64,000 nucleotides of DNA from Blepharisma stoltei ATCC 30299. Taxonomy: Eukaryota; Protista; Ciliophora. The DNA lies in assembly GCA_965603825.1 (NCBI GenBank), contig CBFDEM010000038.1:310001-374000 (forward strand). The letters are read 5' to 3'. The translations under genes and the position numbers were made by a program. The notes below the pieces were generated by a model, which did not search any database, was not told the DNA's origin, and saw only the letters and a list, made by a program, of their open reading frames with translations. Below are positions 11,177 to 26,893 of the stretch, piece by piece; position 1 is the first letter of the stretch; every line of letters begins with the position of its first letter.

Positions 11177-12232
11177 ATGGGTGTGGAGCGATTTTCTTTT
11201 CTTTTGCTTTTTATTTCAGCTATATCAGCAAGTCCTTTATTCCTTGGGAGTTCACCAAATCCTAACTGTCCTGCTTACACTTGCAAGACTTCAAGCCAGC
11301 AATTTGTGAATAGCACATGCATATATTTTACTCCAACAGCTAGTACTCCTACATATTATGTTAGTCCATGCAGCTCTGTCAAGCTTCCTTATTGTCTACC
11401 TTCAACCAACAATAACTCTACATGTCAAGCAGCTACCCCAACACCTCCAGTTAATGCATGGCCTGGTGAAAAATGTTCATCCTCTTCAGATTGCAGTTCT
11501 CATGCAAGCAGAGGCTGCATTAATAACGTTTGTGTAGGAGGAAGCCAAGGAGACACTTGTAGCGTGAACGACGACTGTAATCCTAACTATCGTTGCCTTG
11601 GAGGAATTTGCCAAGCTCAAATCCCTGTTGGAGGAACAGGATGCGTGAATGATTATGATTGTGTAAATGGAGCAGGCTGCAATATTGCTAAAACTTCATC
11701 AGAAAGCATATGCTATCCCTATTTCTCTATTAATCAGCATTTGCCTGTCAGCTCTTGTTCATCCAATAACCTATCAATGCTATGCAACTCAGGACTTTGC
11801 ATGGCAAATAATGAAGGCTATGAATGCATGGCCCCTGTAAAATCAAGCAGGCTACCTATGAGTTGTCAAGTTGACGGAGACTGTATGTCGACAAGAGATG
11901 ACTATTTCCCGACTGGATATTTAACTGGAACTTGCTATTGTGGATACAATGCTAACTCTGCAAGCTATTGCTCAATCTTTGCTGGCGATAAGCCTTACTT
12001 GGAATATATTAATTATTTCAAAAATTGGCTGCAGTCTACTTATATCAAGAAGTGCAATACCATGAGAAGATTTACTGCTTCCTGCATGAAGGACTGGTGG
12101 ACGACAAAGGAGTACAATTTATACATGTACTACTCTTTGAACGCTGATTATTATCCTCTAACCGTCAGTGGAGAATCTTGTGTGCAGCAAGTTTATCTGC
12201 CTCAGTGGTGGGCTGCAAGAAATGCGGTCTAA
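11177..12232 (+). CDS. Cysteine-rich secreted protein
   Basis: Signal peptide, repeated G..C..D.DC....C..G.C units, C-terminal CYCGYN..YC..GD block; no hydrophobic tail. Confidence 0.8.
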   Translation: MGVERFSFLLLFISAISASPLFLGSSPNPNCPAYTCKTSSQQFVNSTCIYFTPTASTPTYYVSPCSSVKLPYCLPSTNNNSTCQAATPTPPVNAWPGEKCSSSSDCSSHASRGCINNVCVGGSQGDTCSVNDDCNPNYRCLGGICQAQIPVGGTGCVNDYDCVNGAGCNIAKTSSESICYPYFSINQHLPVSSCSSNNLSMLCNSGLCMANNEGYECMAPVKSSRLPMSCQVDGDCMSTRDDYFPTGYLTGTCYCGYNANSASYCSIFAGDKPYLEYINYFKNWLQSTYIKKCNTMRRFTASCMKDWWTTKEYNLYMYYSLNADYYPLTVSGESCVQQVYLPQWWAARNAV

Positions 12233-12360
12233 ATAATTAAATTATTTTAATCAAAAATATGATAGTCATAATAAGGTAATTAAATATAATTGAAAAGCTA
12301 TTATTTAGTTGATAAACATAATTTTTAACTTAAATAAATCATGCTAATTTTAATAAATAA

Positions 12361-14805
12361 ATGCAAGCTCCTAAAAAGGAACAGCCCACCAGACTCAGAG
12401 ATCTAATCAAAGCTGTACGTGCCTGCAAAACTGCTGCTGAAGAAAGAGCTGTCGTCGCCCAAGAAAGCGCTGAAATCCGCGAAAGCTTTAGAGACGAAAC
12501 TTACAGGTTCCGACACAGAAGTGTTGCAAAGCTTCTTTTCATACAGATGATGGGCTACCCCACTAATTTTGGACAGGTTGAATGTCTTAAGCTCATTGCA
12601 TCTTCAAATTACACAGAAAAAAGAGTTGGCTACCTTGGCCTTACCCAGCTTCTCAATGAAAAAGACGATGTTCTCATGATGGTCACGAACTCAATGCAGA
12701 TTGATATGAACTCTTCCAATACCCAAATCATAGGAATGGCCTTGACTGCTCTTGCAAATATCGCCACCGCCGAAATGTGTCGAGACCTTTCCAAAGACGT
12801 GTGCAAGCTGATGAGCCATAATAATTCCTATATCAGAAAAAGAGCTACTATTGCAGGAGCCAGAATTGTTAGAAAATGCCCTGATCTAATAGAAGATTTC
12901 CAAGGCGAGGTCCCAAAGGTGCTGGAAGACAGAAGCCATGTGGTTGTGATGAATGGGGTGAATTTATTGTTAGAAATCATAAAAATCCAACCAAATATAA
13001 AGCAAGCTTTTGTACAGTACTCGGGGCTTGTAGTGAGAGCTATGAGAAATTTGATACATACAGTCCATTCTCCAGAGCATACTATTGGAGGCGTCACTGA
13101 TCCGTTTTTGCAGGTCAGTTTGATAAAACTTATGTCAAAAATAGCTGGGGCTGAGCCTTCTGAAGAAATGACTGACTGTCTCGCACAAGTCGCCACAAAT
13201 ACAGAACCAGCTAAAAACGCTGGTAACGCAGTTCTATACGAATGTGTTAGAACCATTATGGACATATCTTCTACAAGTGGTTTAAGAGTGCTCGCTACAA
13301 ATATCATGGGAAGATTCTTGCTGAACCGTGACAACAACTTGAGATACGTCGCTTTAAATTCATTATTAAAACTGGTAAAGGTAGATTTATTAGCTGTGCA
13401 AAGACATAAGACGACTATTATTGATTGCTTAAAAGATGCAGATATAGCTATTAGAAAAAAGGCACTTGAGCTTACTTACTGTTTAATCAATGAGTCTAAT
13501 GTAAAGCAGATCGTCAAAGAAATGATTGACTTTTTGATAGCTGCTGAGCCAGAATTCAAAGAAGCCCTTGTAACCAAGCTATGTTTAGCTATTGAACTCC
13601 ATAGTCCTACTAAGCAATGGCACTTTGACAGCGTATTAAGAGTATTGACCCTTGCAGGTAGTTATGTTCCTGAAGAAGTTGTAGCTTCGACTGCCCATAT
13701 CATTAGCTCGACTCCTGAGCTGCAATCTTATGCAGTCCATAAGCTATTTAATGCATTAGTAGATAATACAGAACAGCAAGGGCTTGTATTGCTAGCATTG
13801 TGGTCGATTGGAGAATTCGGGAATTTCTTGGTGAGTGAGACTCTTAAGACCTCTGATGGAGAACTTAAAGCTATGACTCCAAATGAAATTATACAAGGAG
13901 TCGAGAAAACGATGACTCCAATAGCTGCTGACATCTGCAAAGAATACGCACTGACTGCACTTATCAAGCTTTCTGTAAGAATTCCGCAAGCAGTCCAAAG
14001 CATCAGAAGATTGATAGAGCAGCAAATCAGCGCACTCAATGTAGAACTCCAGCAAAGAGCATGTGAATATATACAGTTGCTTGGAAGCAATTGGGACAGC
14101 ATAAGAGGACCACTCCTCGAAAAGATGCCTATTTATGCCAAAGCTCCTGCAGTGGATATTCCTACTACAGACAGCAGCTCACCAGTTTTAGAAAAGCCAA
14201 AAACGCCAACCCAACCAAATTCTGCTCAAAATCTTCTTGATATTGAAACCTTAATATTTGACTCACAGCCTATTCAGCAATCTCAAATTCAGCAATCTAC
14301 TGAAGTTCCTCAGCCACAATTCGAGTCTTTACTTGACCTATTTTCAAGCACCCCTCAGCCTTCTTTTCCAGCTCCAGTCCTAAATCCAGTCACAGGTGAT
14401 ATCTCAGAGCCTGATAAATTTGAAGATTTCGTAGAAATAACCCCTATTAAACATAATTTCATCGCTTTTGAAGATGAAGAAATAAATGTGGATTTTAATT
14501 GCACCAAGCCAGAGCCTGACGCTCTAGAAAATACTCAAATCAGCGTGATTGTGTCTAATAAGTGCTCAAAAGATATAGTAGGGTTTAAGCTATCAGCAGC
14601 AGTTTTGAAGCATCTAGAGTTCAGTTTTTCATCAGCTGCTAGCACTAGTATGATGCCTGGAGGCTCAATCCAAATGCAGATGAAGATGAAAAATAAGGCA
14701 CAAGGCCAAAAACCAATAGCAATACGCATGAAAATTGATTATACTATAGACTCTGTCCCTCGATCAAAATTATCAACAGTAGACTCTTTCCCACCTAATT
14801 ATTAG
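12361..14805 (+). CDS. AP1G1: AP-1 complex gamma adaptin
   Basis: RLRDLIKAVRACKTAAEERAVV, GYPT.FGQ.ECLKLIAS, LAQVATNTE..KNAGNAVLYECV, VELQQRACEY, hinge with NLLDI and SLLDLF clathrin-box-like motifs, C-terminal ear domain. Confidence 0.97.
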   Translation: MQAPKKEQPTRLRDLIKAVRACKTAAEERAVVAQESAEIRESFRDETYRFRHRSVAKLLFIQMMGYPTNFGQVECLKLIASSNYTEKRVGYLGLTQLLNEKDDVLMMVTNSMQIDMNSSNTQIIGMALTALANIATAEMCRDLSKDVCKLMSHNNSYIRKRATIAGARIVRKCPDLIEDFQGEVPKVLEDRSHVVVMNGVNLLLEIIKIQPNIKQAFVQYSGLVVRAMRNLIHTVHSPEHTIGGVTDPFLQVSLIKLMSKIAGAEPSEEMTDCLAQVATNTEPAKNAGNAVLYECVRTIMDISSTSGLRVLATNIMGRFLLNRDNNLRYVALNSLLKLVKVDLLAVQRHKTTIIDCLKDADIAIRKKALELTYCLINESNVKQIVKEMIDFLIAAEPEFKEALVTKLCLAIELHSPTKQWHFDSVLRVLTLAGSYVPEEVVASTAHIISSTPELQSYAVHKLFNALVDNTEQQGLVLLALWSIGEFGNFLVSETLKTSDGELKAMTPNEIIQGVEKTMTPIAADICKEYALTALIKLSVRIPQAVQSIRRLIEQQISALNVELQQRACEYIQLLGSNWDSIRGPLLEKMPIYAKAPAVDIPTTDSSSPVLEKPKTPTQPNSAQNLLDIETLIFDSQPIQQSQIQQSTEVPQPQFESLLDLFSSTPQPSFPAPVLNPVTGDISEPDKFEDFVEITPIKHNFIAFEDEEINVDFNCTKPEPDALENTQISVIVSNKCSKDIVGFKLSAAVLKHLEFSFSSAASTSMMPGGSIQMQMKMKNKAQGQKPIAIRMKIDYTIDSVPRSKLSTVDSFPPNY

Positions 14806-14834
14806 CTAATATTAGTTACATCTAATCATGTTAC

Positions 14835-15383
14835 CTATAAATAAAAACTAGGTAAAGGAGGTCCTTGTCTTGGGGCGCCATTTAAAATGTTAAAGGCTGA
14901 GTTTCTTTTTGCATCTAAGTTATACAGTCTCATCATAGCCCTCTGCTTTGCGAGATCATCTTTTCGTTTTAAGTACTCTCCTTGGTCTGTTGGGTCGTAG
15001 TCTAAAGTAATTGGATTAAAAGCTTCGCTTGGGTTATTTTTTTGACCATTTTTCCATTTCGATCTTCTGATTTCTAGCTTCTCGATTGATTTGGCATAAT
15101 CTTGATTTAAAGATTCCCAACGGTTGATTTCTCTATTTATAGCATTTTCCCTTCTTTTATTGAAGGCTTCCATTTTTCTTTGATTTTCTAGCTCTCTTCT
15201 CCTACGTTCTTCAGCTGCAAAATCTCGCTCAAAACGTTCTTTTTCTGAAATAAACATAGTAGTTTTAGGCTCTGGACTTAGCAGGGTTTTAGCAGAATTA
15301 TTAAGAAAAGGGTCAATTGAGCGATTTGATCTTGCTCGAGTAGGGATATTTTGATATATAGGCGTGCCTATAATAGGATTCAT
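14835..15383 (-). CDS. Uncharacterised coiled-coil protein, possibly ciliary microtubule-associated
   Basis: Likely start at ATG 15383 (upstream part of the track ORF looks intergenic). Charged helix plus FNPITLDY and FNILNG motifs of the kind seen in axonemal microtubule-binding proteins. Confidence 0.6.
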   Translation of the reverse strand: MNPIIGTPIYQNIPTRARSNRSIDPFLNNSAKTLLSPEPKTTMFISEKERFERDFAAEERRRRELENQRKMEAFNKRRENAINREINRWESLNQDYAKSIEKLEIRRSKWKNGQKNNPSEAFNPITLDYDPTDQGEYLKRKDDLAKQRAMMRLYNLDAKRNSAFNILNGAPRQGPPLPSFYL

Positions 15384-15868
15384 ATTTAAGATTTTTATAT
15401 AAATCATTAAATTAAGGCTAGAATGAATTAGAATCTTTTTCAGGTTTAACTTTTCCATGCTAAATTTGTAAAAATCCTTAGACTCACTTAAAAAATAAAT
15501 CGAATCATCATAAACCTAATAAATGAGATTGGCGTTGAATAGAGTTTAGATCGAATTTGCTTACAGGGTTTCAATTGTGTAAACATTTTTCATACGCAAA
15601 AGACTTTTCCTTCATTTTGGCAGCATAATTCCAGCACTTCATATTAATTATTAAACCAGAAAGTATATTATTGCAATGAACTGAGCTTAAAACTTCAAAA
15701 TGCAAAACAAGGTGCAATCTTAATAGTATAATTTAAATTTAAATAAAAAAATTTCAATCGGAAATTTAAAATTTATTTCTTGTCATCCTTCATCTTATTA
15801 GTATTTTTAAGTTTTATCATTTGACTCTATCAAGGCATCACATAAAGTTCTTTTTGAGAACGTTATAA

Positions 15869-19045
<3,177 letters not shown>

Positions 19046-19061
19046 TAAATTATTATATATA

Positions 19062-20030
19062 TTAATCTCTTGGCGTTTTAATATCATTAAAACCAGGCAA
19101 ATCATTCAGAGGAATTCTCCTATCAAAAGGCTTGAATTTGTTATCAAGTTCGTCTTCTGGAAGCTGAACAATCTCATAAATTGACTCAATAAACATTTTC
19201 AGCCTATTCAAGTACTCTCGTCTGTGTTTTATTTCTATATCATTATGGCCAGCATTTTTTACCCACCATGGTGGGAAGCCATATCTTACAAAACTCGCAA
19301 GCCTTTCTGCATGCTTCAAAGGAATTTGCTTGTCATCTATTCCATGCAGTAGAAATATTGGGCACTTTATATAAGGAATTTTTGAAATATTTGAAAAAAA
19401 ATCAAACCATGGGGATGCAGATACTTTTTTTGAAAACATATGCAGAGCTGATGCAATTGGCCCATGCAAAATAACCCCGCCGACCTTAGATCAAGAAGCT
19501 AGCTCACAGGAAGGCACTGTTCCAATAGACTGTCCATAAAGTACAATATATTTTCAAGAAATCCCTCTCACATTTATAAGGTAATCATAAGCAGCTTTTA
19601 TATCTGCATAAATATTTTTTTCTGAAGGTTTCCCTGTGCTTTGTCCATATCCGCTGTATTCATAAATAAATACATTCACTTTAAGCTGAACTGACAAATC
19701 TGCAATGAAATTCCTCATAATCCCAATGTCAGTTGAGTTGCCATGTGAGAAAATCAAAGTAAATACCGCATGCACATTTTTAAAATAAATTGCTGGTATG
19801 ATTTGCTTCCTTTCTGTTTTCAGCGTAATAATTTCACTACTAACTCAGCCTACTTCGATTGGTTTGGTTTGGCATCCATTTTCGTCTATTAATAACATTT
19901 GGTAAGCATCTTGGACTTGTTCAATAATGTACCCTGGAGGCTTTGGAGGATGAAAAGCAAAGCTTCTTGTGATTTTATCTCTACATCCAAAAGTAGAGGT
20001 ACAGCAAAAACAACACCTTATGAGATCCAT
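19062..20030 (-). CDS. ABHD17: ABHD17-family alpha/beta hydrolase (protein depalmitoylase, 322 aa)
   Basis: Three track ORFs joined by three TGAs. N-terminal Cys cluster, FAFHPP, FSHGNSTDIG, YSGYGQSTGKPSEKN.YADI, GQSIG nucleophile, HG.DD, AGHNDIE. Confidence 0.92.
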
Positions 20031-20818
20031 TTATTCTTAAGTCAATTATATCAATTCTGTCAGTATGAAGAAAATTTATTCCATAGTGGATTCACTGATG
20101 AGATGTTTGAAATTTTATTTAAGAGCTAATTTTGCTGGTTATAAAATTAGCGGAATAATTCAACAAATGTGAAAGAATGATTAAGATAAAATTGGATAAC
20201 AGATCTTTCGCCATAATTTTATGTGGACTCTATAAAATTATCTTAGAGCCGAATAGTTATAAAGGTTAAATAAGCTTGCAATCCGACCGTATTTAGGGCA
20301 AGCCCCAATTAAAGTTGGTCTAAGCATATAAGTTAAATTCTATTAATCAATATGGATTGGAAAAATTTAAACGTTTCAAATGAAATAAAATAAGAATGAA
20401 GGAGCTTTTCAGAAAATTAATATTATTCCCTGCATTTTATTGGTAATTAAGCAAATATATATGCTATTTGCCTCAAATGAAATTTGAATGCAAAAGCCAT
20501 TCATTTAATAAATAAAAGTGAATATGGCGCAATACCTAATTAGATGTTTAGGTTAAACAATATAAAGTGTCGGAATTATTTTTTTCAATTATGATCATGC
20601 TACAGATAATTGATTTAAGACCATAAGATAGCTGCACTAAAATTAGTCAAGAAGAGAAATTTCCTCATCAATTAAAACAAATTTTATCTAATAAGTTTTA
20701 GATATTCAATAAAAAAAATTATGAATCTATTATCATGCGTCCAATGATAAAAAAATTACTTTTTCCATAAAATTATCACTATAAACTTCTTCCTCTGTAA
20801 TCATTGCTTATACAAACT

Positions 20819-22270
<1,452 letters not shown>

Positions 22271-22868
22271 GTTATCAACAAAATAATGGTAAAACATAAT
22301 GCAAGAATTAAATAGAAGCAATTACTCAAATTCAAATTGTATTTAAAAAATCGTCAGGCATAAATATGTATTTCTTTTAATTTTTTGAAATTATATGCAC
22401 TATGAAGGGTTGATAAAAATAAATTTTTCCTATTTTTAGCAATCATTTTTTAAATAGTAGCATATGATTTTGCCTAAGTTTTGTATTATAGTTATAAATG
22501 ATTTCAAAATGGCTTAGAAATCAGAAGTAAAATATTCTTTACAAAAGTAATCCTATTGACTAATACTTTAAGTAAACTTGCAGAGAAAAATTTTAGTGAC
22601 GTAAAATTTGACTGTCAAGCTGAACTCCTGTTTTTGTGGCTCAATTAACTACATTTGAATTATCTCGTTGCATAAAAAGTTAGATGAAAAATGTGTTCTA
22701 AATCGTCCTTATTCATTCTTAATTGTTTATAAACTATTTATTTTCAATAAATATCAATAAAACTGCCTGTCTCCGCTATTCTTAAGTGATTCTTCTCGAC
22801 AATTCCATCTTTGCCTCATTCAATTGGCGAATTTTCTCAATGAATTATAATCAATAATTCCTAATAAA

Positions 22869-23114
22869 ATGGATCACACTGAACAACTTACACATGAGCA
22901 CAAAGAACTTTCACAAAAATTTTTGTTTGCAAGGCTAGAGACATACAATTTTTATAATAGAGACCCCAGCCCTGTCATGAAAACTAGAGATAGGCATCAA
23001 CCTTGCAGAGGGGAGATTAGAAAGGCTCAAGAGTCAATTTCACATATACATAATTGTAAGAGTGAAGACTTTATGAACCCAGCGTTTACACAAATTAAGC
23101 TGTATAGAGGATAA
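22869..23114 (+). CDS. Small hypothetical protein (81 aa)
   Basis: ATG preceded by AATAAA like other starts here, locally higher GC, TAA stop; no motif recognised. Confidence 0.4.
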   Translation: MDHTEQLTHEHKELSQKFLFARLETYNFYNRDPSPVMKTRDRHQPCRGEIRKAQESISHIHNCKSEDFMNPAFTQIKLYRG

Positions 23115-23492
23115 TTGCAGGTTAACAATAAATGTAAATAAATAATTTTGCATTAAATTGATGCTCTTCCCTTCTTTAAAACGAACAAAATTTCGAGTAA
23201 CTTTTATTGAAGAAAAATCAGTAGGTTTGATTTAAATTGGGATGGAAATTAGCTATTGATTAGCCAAAAAAATGGAGATCGCAGGTTTTATTACTGAACC
23301 CAAAAACGGAAGAAATTCTGATTTTTGCTAATAAATATTTGGTTATCTAAACAATTTAACTGTTTTAGTAAAGGTTTATAGAATTTTCTGAGCCAAATTT
23401 ATTGCTCTAGAACAGGTGAATTAAATATTTTTAACTTTCTGAATTAAAAGGCAAGGATTTGAGATATCAATTTGTTTGTTTAAATTTATAAG

Positions 23493-23954
23493 TTACTTAC
23501 AATGCTCTAATCTGGTTTTTTTCTTAGGGACCGGTAAATCAAAGCCACTGGGCCTTGCATGCTTTTCAGGTATCATAACTTCAGTTAAATAATTGCTAAT
23601 GGGGTTTTCTATCAACTGCGTCTGGCTGATAATCCCACTACACTGGGTCATTCTCTCTATATAAAGATGATGAGCCATCGTCTCTACAGTTTTAGCATAC
23701 AATTCAAATTTGTATACCATCCTCGGAAACGTAAACAGCCGATTTTGCTGCTCAGAGCTTGCCTTTTGTGTCTTCTCCACTTTGAGAAGATATTTTTGTG
23801 CATGGGATCTTACCTGAGCGATGGTTCTTGTCATTACATGCCTTTCAATTTTACTTCAATCTTTATCGTAGAGCTTTAAAGCTTCTATAAACCTTTCTTG
23901 TTCTTCTCTAGTCCACCTTCCTCGGTTGACTGAATTATTTGGGTCAGATATCAT
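23493..23954 (-). CDS. Single-repeat Myb transcription factor, SHAQKY class (153 aa)
   Basis: ATG 23954: GRWTREEQERFIEALKLYDKD-W(TGA 23856-23858)-SKIERHVMTRTIAQVRSHAQKY; basic NLS-like PKKKTR near the C-terminus. Confidence 0.92.
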
Positions 23955-24265
23955 GTCTAATATATATAATCAGCAAAGTGTTCTAAACGATTTTATAAAT
24001 CAAATTTATAGCCCCGCGGGGTTTTGTGAGAATATGAGGAGGAATATATATTAAAGTCAGCACATACGTTACCTTAGGATTAAAAAATGGAAATCAGTGC
24101 TTTTTATCCAAATTAATCATAAGTTTGCTACTTAAATAAGCAATTTTATGCATAATCTTTGGAGATTGAGAATCTTGCAGTGCCTCAGAAATCTTAAAGG
24201 ACTGAGCTTATGCATTTTTCACTGGAAAAATTGGGTAAGCTCAAAAATTGATATAATAAAATAAA

Positions 24266-25573
24266 ATGAAGCCGCAAGACAATGCAATGACATCTAGAAA
24301 AGCGACGAGGTTACGATTTTTGGAGCAAGAAAGTGATCATCTTTTTGCTTATAAAATTGATCTAGAAAAAGTTCTAACGAAAACTAAAGAAGTTCTCAAC
24401 GATTTACTCTCAGCCAAAGTGTATTCTTCAAGCCAACAGCTTGATGGCTCATGTGAAGATACAGCTTCAACGTCAAATATTTTGTTCAAAAGTGTAGAAG
24501 TCACTGCAGCTGAAAATATGGAATTGTTTAATTCAATATGCAAAGCCCACTACGCAAGAGACACAATTGATGCCAAAGTCCTTATTTCTCAACAGATTAC
24601 AGAAGAATACTCTAGAAAAGAAGAAGAAATTTTAGGAGAACTTGATGAACAAATAAATGATCTAAAGTATTTATTGGAAAAAAAAGTAAATAGAATTAAT
24701 TTACTTAACTCGAAAGTAAAAGACATGGAAGACCACCAAGCAAAATTAAACAGCGAATGCACTTTGCTTTTGCCACTTAATAGTGATAGCCTGAAGGTTC
24801 ACGTACAAATGGAATACCTTAAAGAGAAACTTTTAAAAAGATTAAAAGAACTTCAGTTCTGCGAAATGCAAAAAGATGAGCTAAAAGTACATGCTGCAGG
24901 TTTAGAAGAAAAAATAAGAAAATATTTATTGCTGGTAAAAAATCCGTTGCTGAAGAAAAAGAAATATATAAATGCACAAGAAAACAGTCAAGAAAACATT
25001 ATTGTGGATTCATTGAATGCGTCTAATTCATGTGAAGCTATTTTTCCAGATAATTTTTTAATTGAAGCAGAAAAAGGCATAATTCCAAATTTGGATTATG
25101 GATCTTTACACCAGAAAGATAAAGTCTCTATTATAGACATCAATAGTGGAAAATCTCGGATTAGAGAGAAAGTTAAAGAAATGCAAGCTATGTGTAGTAA
25201 AAAATCAGAAGATTTAAATAATTTAAGACAACTCGTGAGAGATCAAGACGCTAATATAAAAAATCTTGTATCGCAAATTAAGTTTTTGACAGAGGAAAGT
25301 TCTGAACAAGAAAATGTGAATAATCAGCGAAAGAGAAAGAAAGCTATGAGTAATCCATTGGAGTATCTTAGTGGGAATAATGAAGAAATCCAAAATAAGA
25401 TTAAAGAGATGCCGAAGATACAAATATATGAGGCGGAAAATATTGAAGATATGGATGAAGAAGAGGATTATTATCCAAATGAATTAGTTAGTTTTATCGC
25501 GAGTGATGTAGCTAAGTGTGAGTTTGAAGAGCCTGATAGTTTACTGGTTGGCTATATTAATGAAATCCATTAA
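24266..25573 (+). CDS. Coiled-coil protein of unknown function
   Basis: 435-aa open frame, heptad-rich, acidic tail, TAA stop. Confidence 0.75.
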   Translation: MKPQDNAMTSRKATRLRFLEQESDHLFAYKIDLEKVLTKTKEVLNDLLSAKVYSSSQQLDGSCEDTASTSNILFKSVEVTAAENMELFNSICKAHYARDTIDAKVLISQQITEEYSRKEEEILGELDEQINDLKYLLEKKVNRINLLNSKVKDMEDHQAKLNSECTLLLPLNSDSLKVHVQMEYLKEKLLKRLKELQFCEMQKDELKVHAAGLEEKIRKYLLLVKNPLLKKKKYINAQENSQENIIVDSLNASNSCEAIFPDNFLIEAEKGIIPNLDYGSLHQKDKVSIIDINSGKSRIREKVKEMQAMCSKKSEDLNNLRQLVRDQDANIKNLVSQIKFLTEESSEQENVNNQRKRKKAMSNPLEYLSGNNEEIQNKIKEMPKIQIYEAENIEDMDEEEDYYPNELVSFIASDVAKCEFEEPDSLLVGYINEIH

Positions 25574-25745
25574 TTCAGTAAATCATTTCAGAACTTTAGA
25601 TTATTTTTCAAGGTTTTATTGACAAAATAATCTTGAAATAATAGGATTAACACGTTTTGGCTATAATTCAAAATTTAAATATAATTTAAAATACATGATA
25701 GCAAAAATTAAATGTTTTGCCCATTATTAATTACATAAATGTAAG

Positions 25746-26411
25746 TTATTGATGAGTGTCATCATCCATCATAGTTTGTAATTGCTTCCAGTACTTTTTC
25801 ATTCTTTCTTGTCTTTCAACTCCTTTTTTTCAAATTTCAGTCCCAATATTAAAAGCGCCTAGTCCACCTAAAACATAATATTTTGAAGGCCTTACTCTTT
25901 TGTAGTCATCTAAGGTGTAGGGTCTGTATTTTTTGGACCTCTTTTTACCTGCTTCTGTTGCAACATTTTGAGTGTTATTTTCTCTGGGATTGGAAAAAGA
26001 TCTATCAAAAGTAATTGGTGTGTACAGCTTTCTTTTATTGTGAGAATTAGACCTCATTGTAGGTGTCAAAGATTTGACTTCGTTAAATTTGTTGTGTATA
26101 TTCAATCTATTTGGACTTGCTGATTGATTAGATATGAGAGTTCTAAATATTCTTTCTTTCCCAACAGATTTTTCGCTTAGAGAAATCATGGGATCTAACT
26201 TTGGCTTTGCGTTGGATTTTGCGCCTACAAATACAGCACTATGAGAATCATTGATAAAAGCAGATATATCATGATCTATCATAGAATAGTTGTCCTTATA
26301 TACCTGATTCGGCTTTACTGCTTTATTTACTGGGACAAATTCAGAAAATGGATCAGACCTACCCCGAGTCTTTATGCCGAGATTAAATCGCTGAGCAAAT
26401 GTAGTATCCAT
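25746..26411 (-). CDS. Protein with a Jhy-like C-terminal motif, likely ciliary (221 aa)
   Basis: Extends past TGA 25830-25832 to TAA 25746-25748. YRPYTLDDYK....YYVLGGLG....ERMKKY resembles the conserved YKPY.LKDY...LGGLG motif of JHY proteins. Confidence 0.6.
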
Positions 26412-26893
26412 CGCTATTATTATTTTACATTTATTGGGCGAGATTATTAAATAGCAGTTATCTTTGTTTCATTATCCATACTTAATTTTACCTCATAATA
26501 ATTACTCAATTCTTTAATTATTTTTCTATTCAGTATTATAATTGCCATGGGTTTCATGAAGCTGCTAACCTTTTAGGAGTAAGTTATAGAATTTGCTAAA
26601 TTTATCTTATTCATGATATAAGCCTAAACCGCATCAAAATTTAAAGGTAAGGCCTTGTTTGAGGTTTATGCGTAATTTTCGAAACTAAAACTCTTTATTA
26701 CTTCAGTATATTTTTTGGATAAATTTAAATATCAAATATTAAGAATAACTTTCAAGATATTTCCTTTATTTTATGAATCTATCTAAATATCTATTTGTTA
26801 CTTTATTGCTATTCTTAAGTCAAAAAACAATTTGTTTAATTTAACTTTTGCTATGAAAAGCAAATTAATTTTTCACAAAAAAGTTTTTAATAA

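Noticed and set aside
20274-20325. Possible structured ncRNA (GACC...GGGCAAGCCC...GGTC) in a long intergenic region
   Set aside because: Stems are short and no tRNA, snRNA or snoRNA boxes are recognisable; an Rfam/Infernal search would be needed.
22271-22321. N-terminal extension of the CDPK given by the ORF track
   Set aside because: Non-ATG start in AT-rich leader; MGC at 22270 is a typical acylated CDPK N-terminus.
26541-26556. X-box-like TTGCCATGG between two ciliary genes
   Set aside because: The second half-site does not match and RFX factors are not expected in ciliates.
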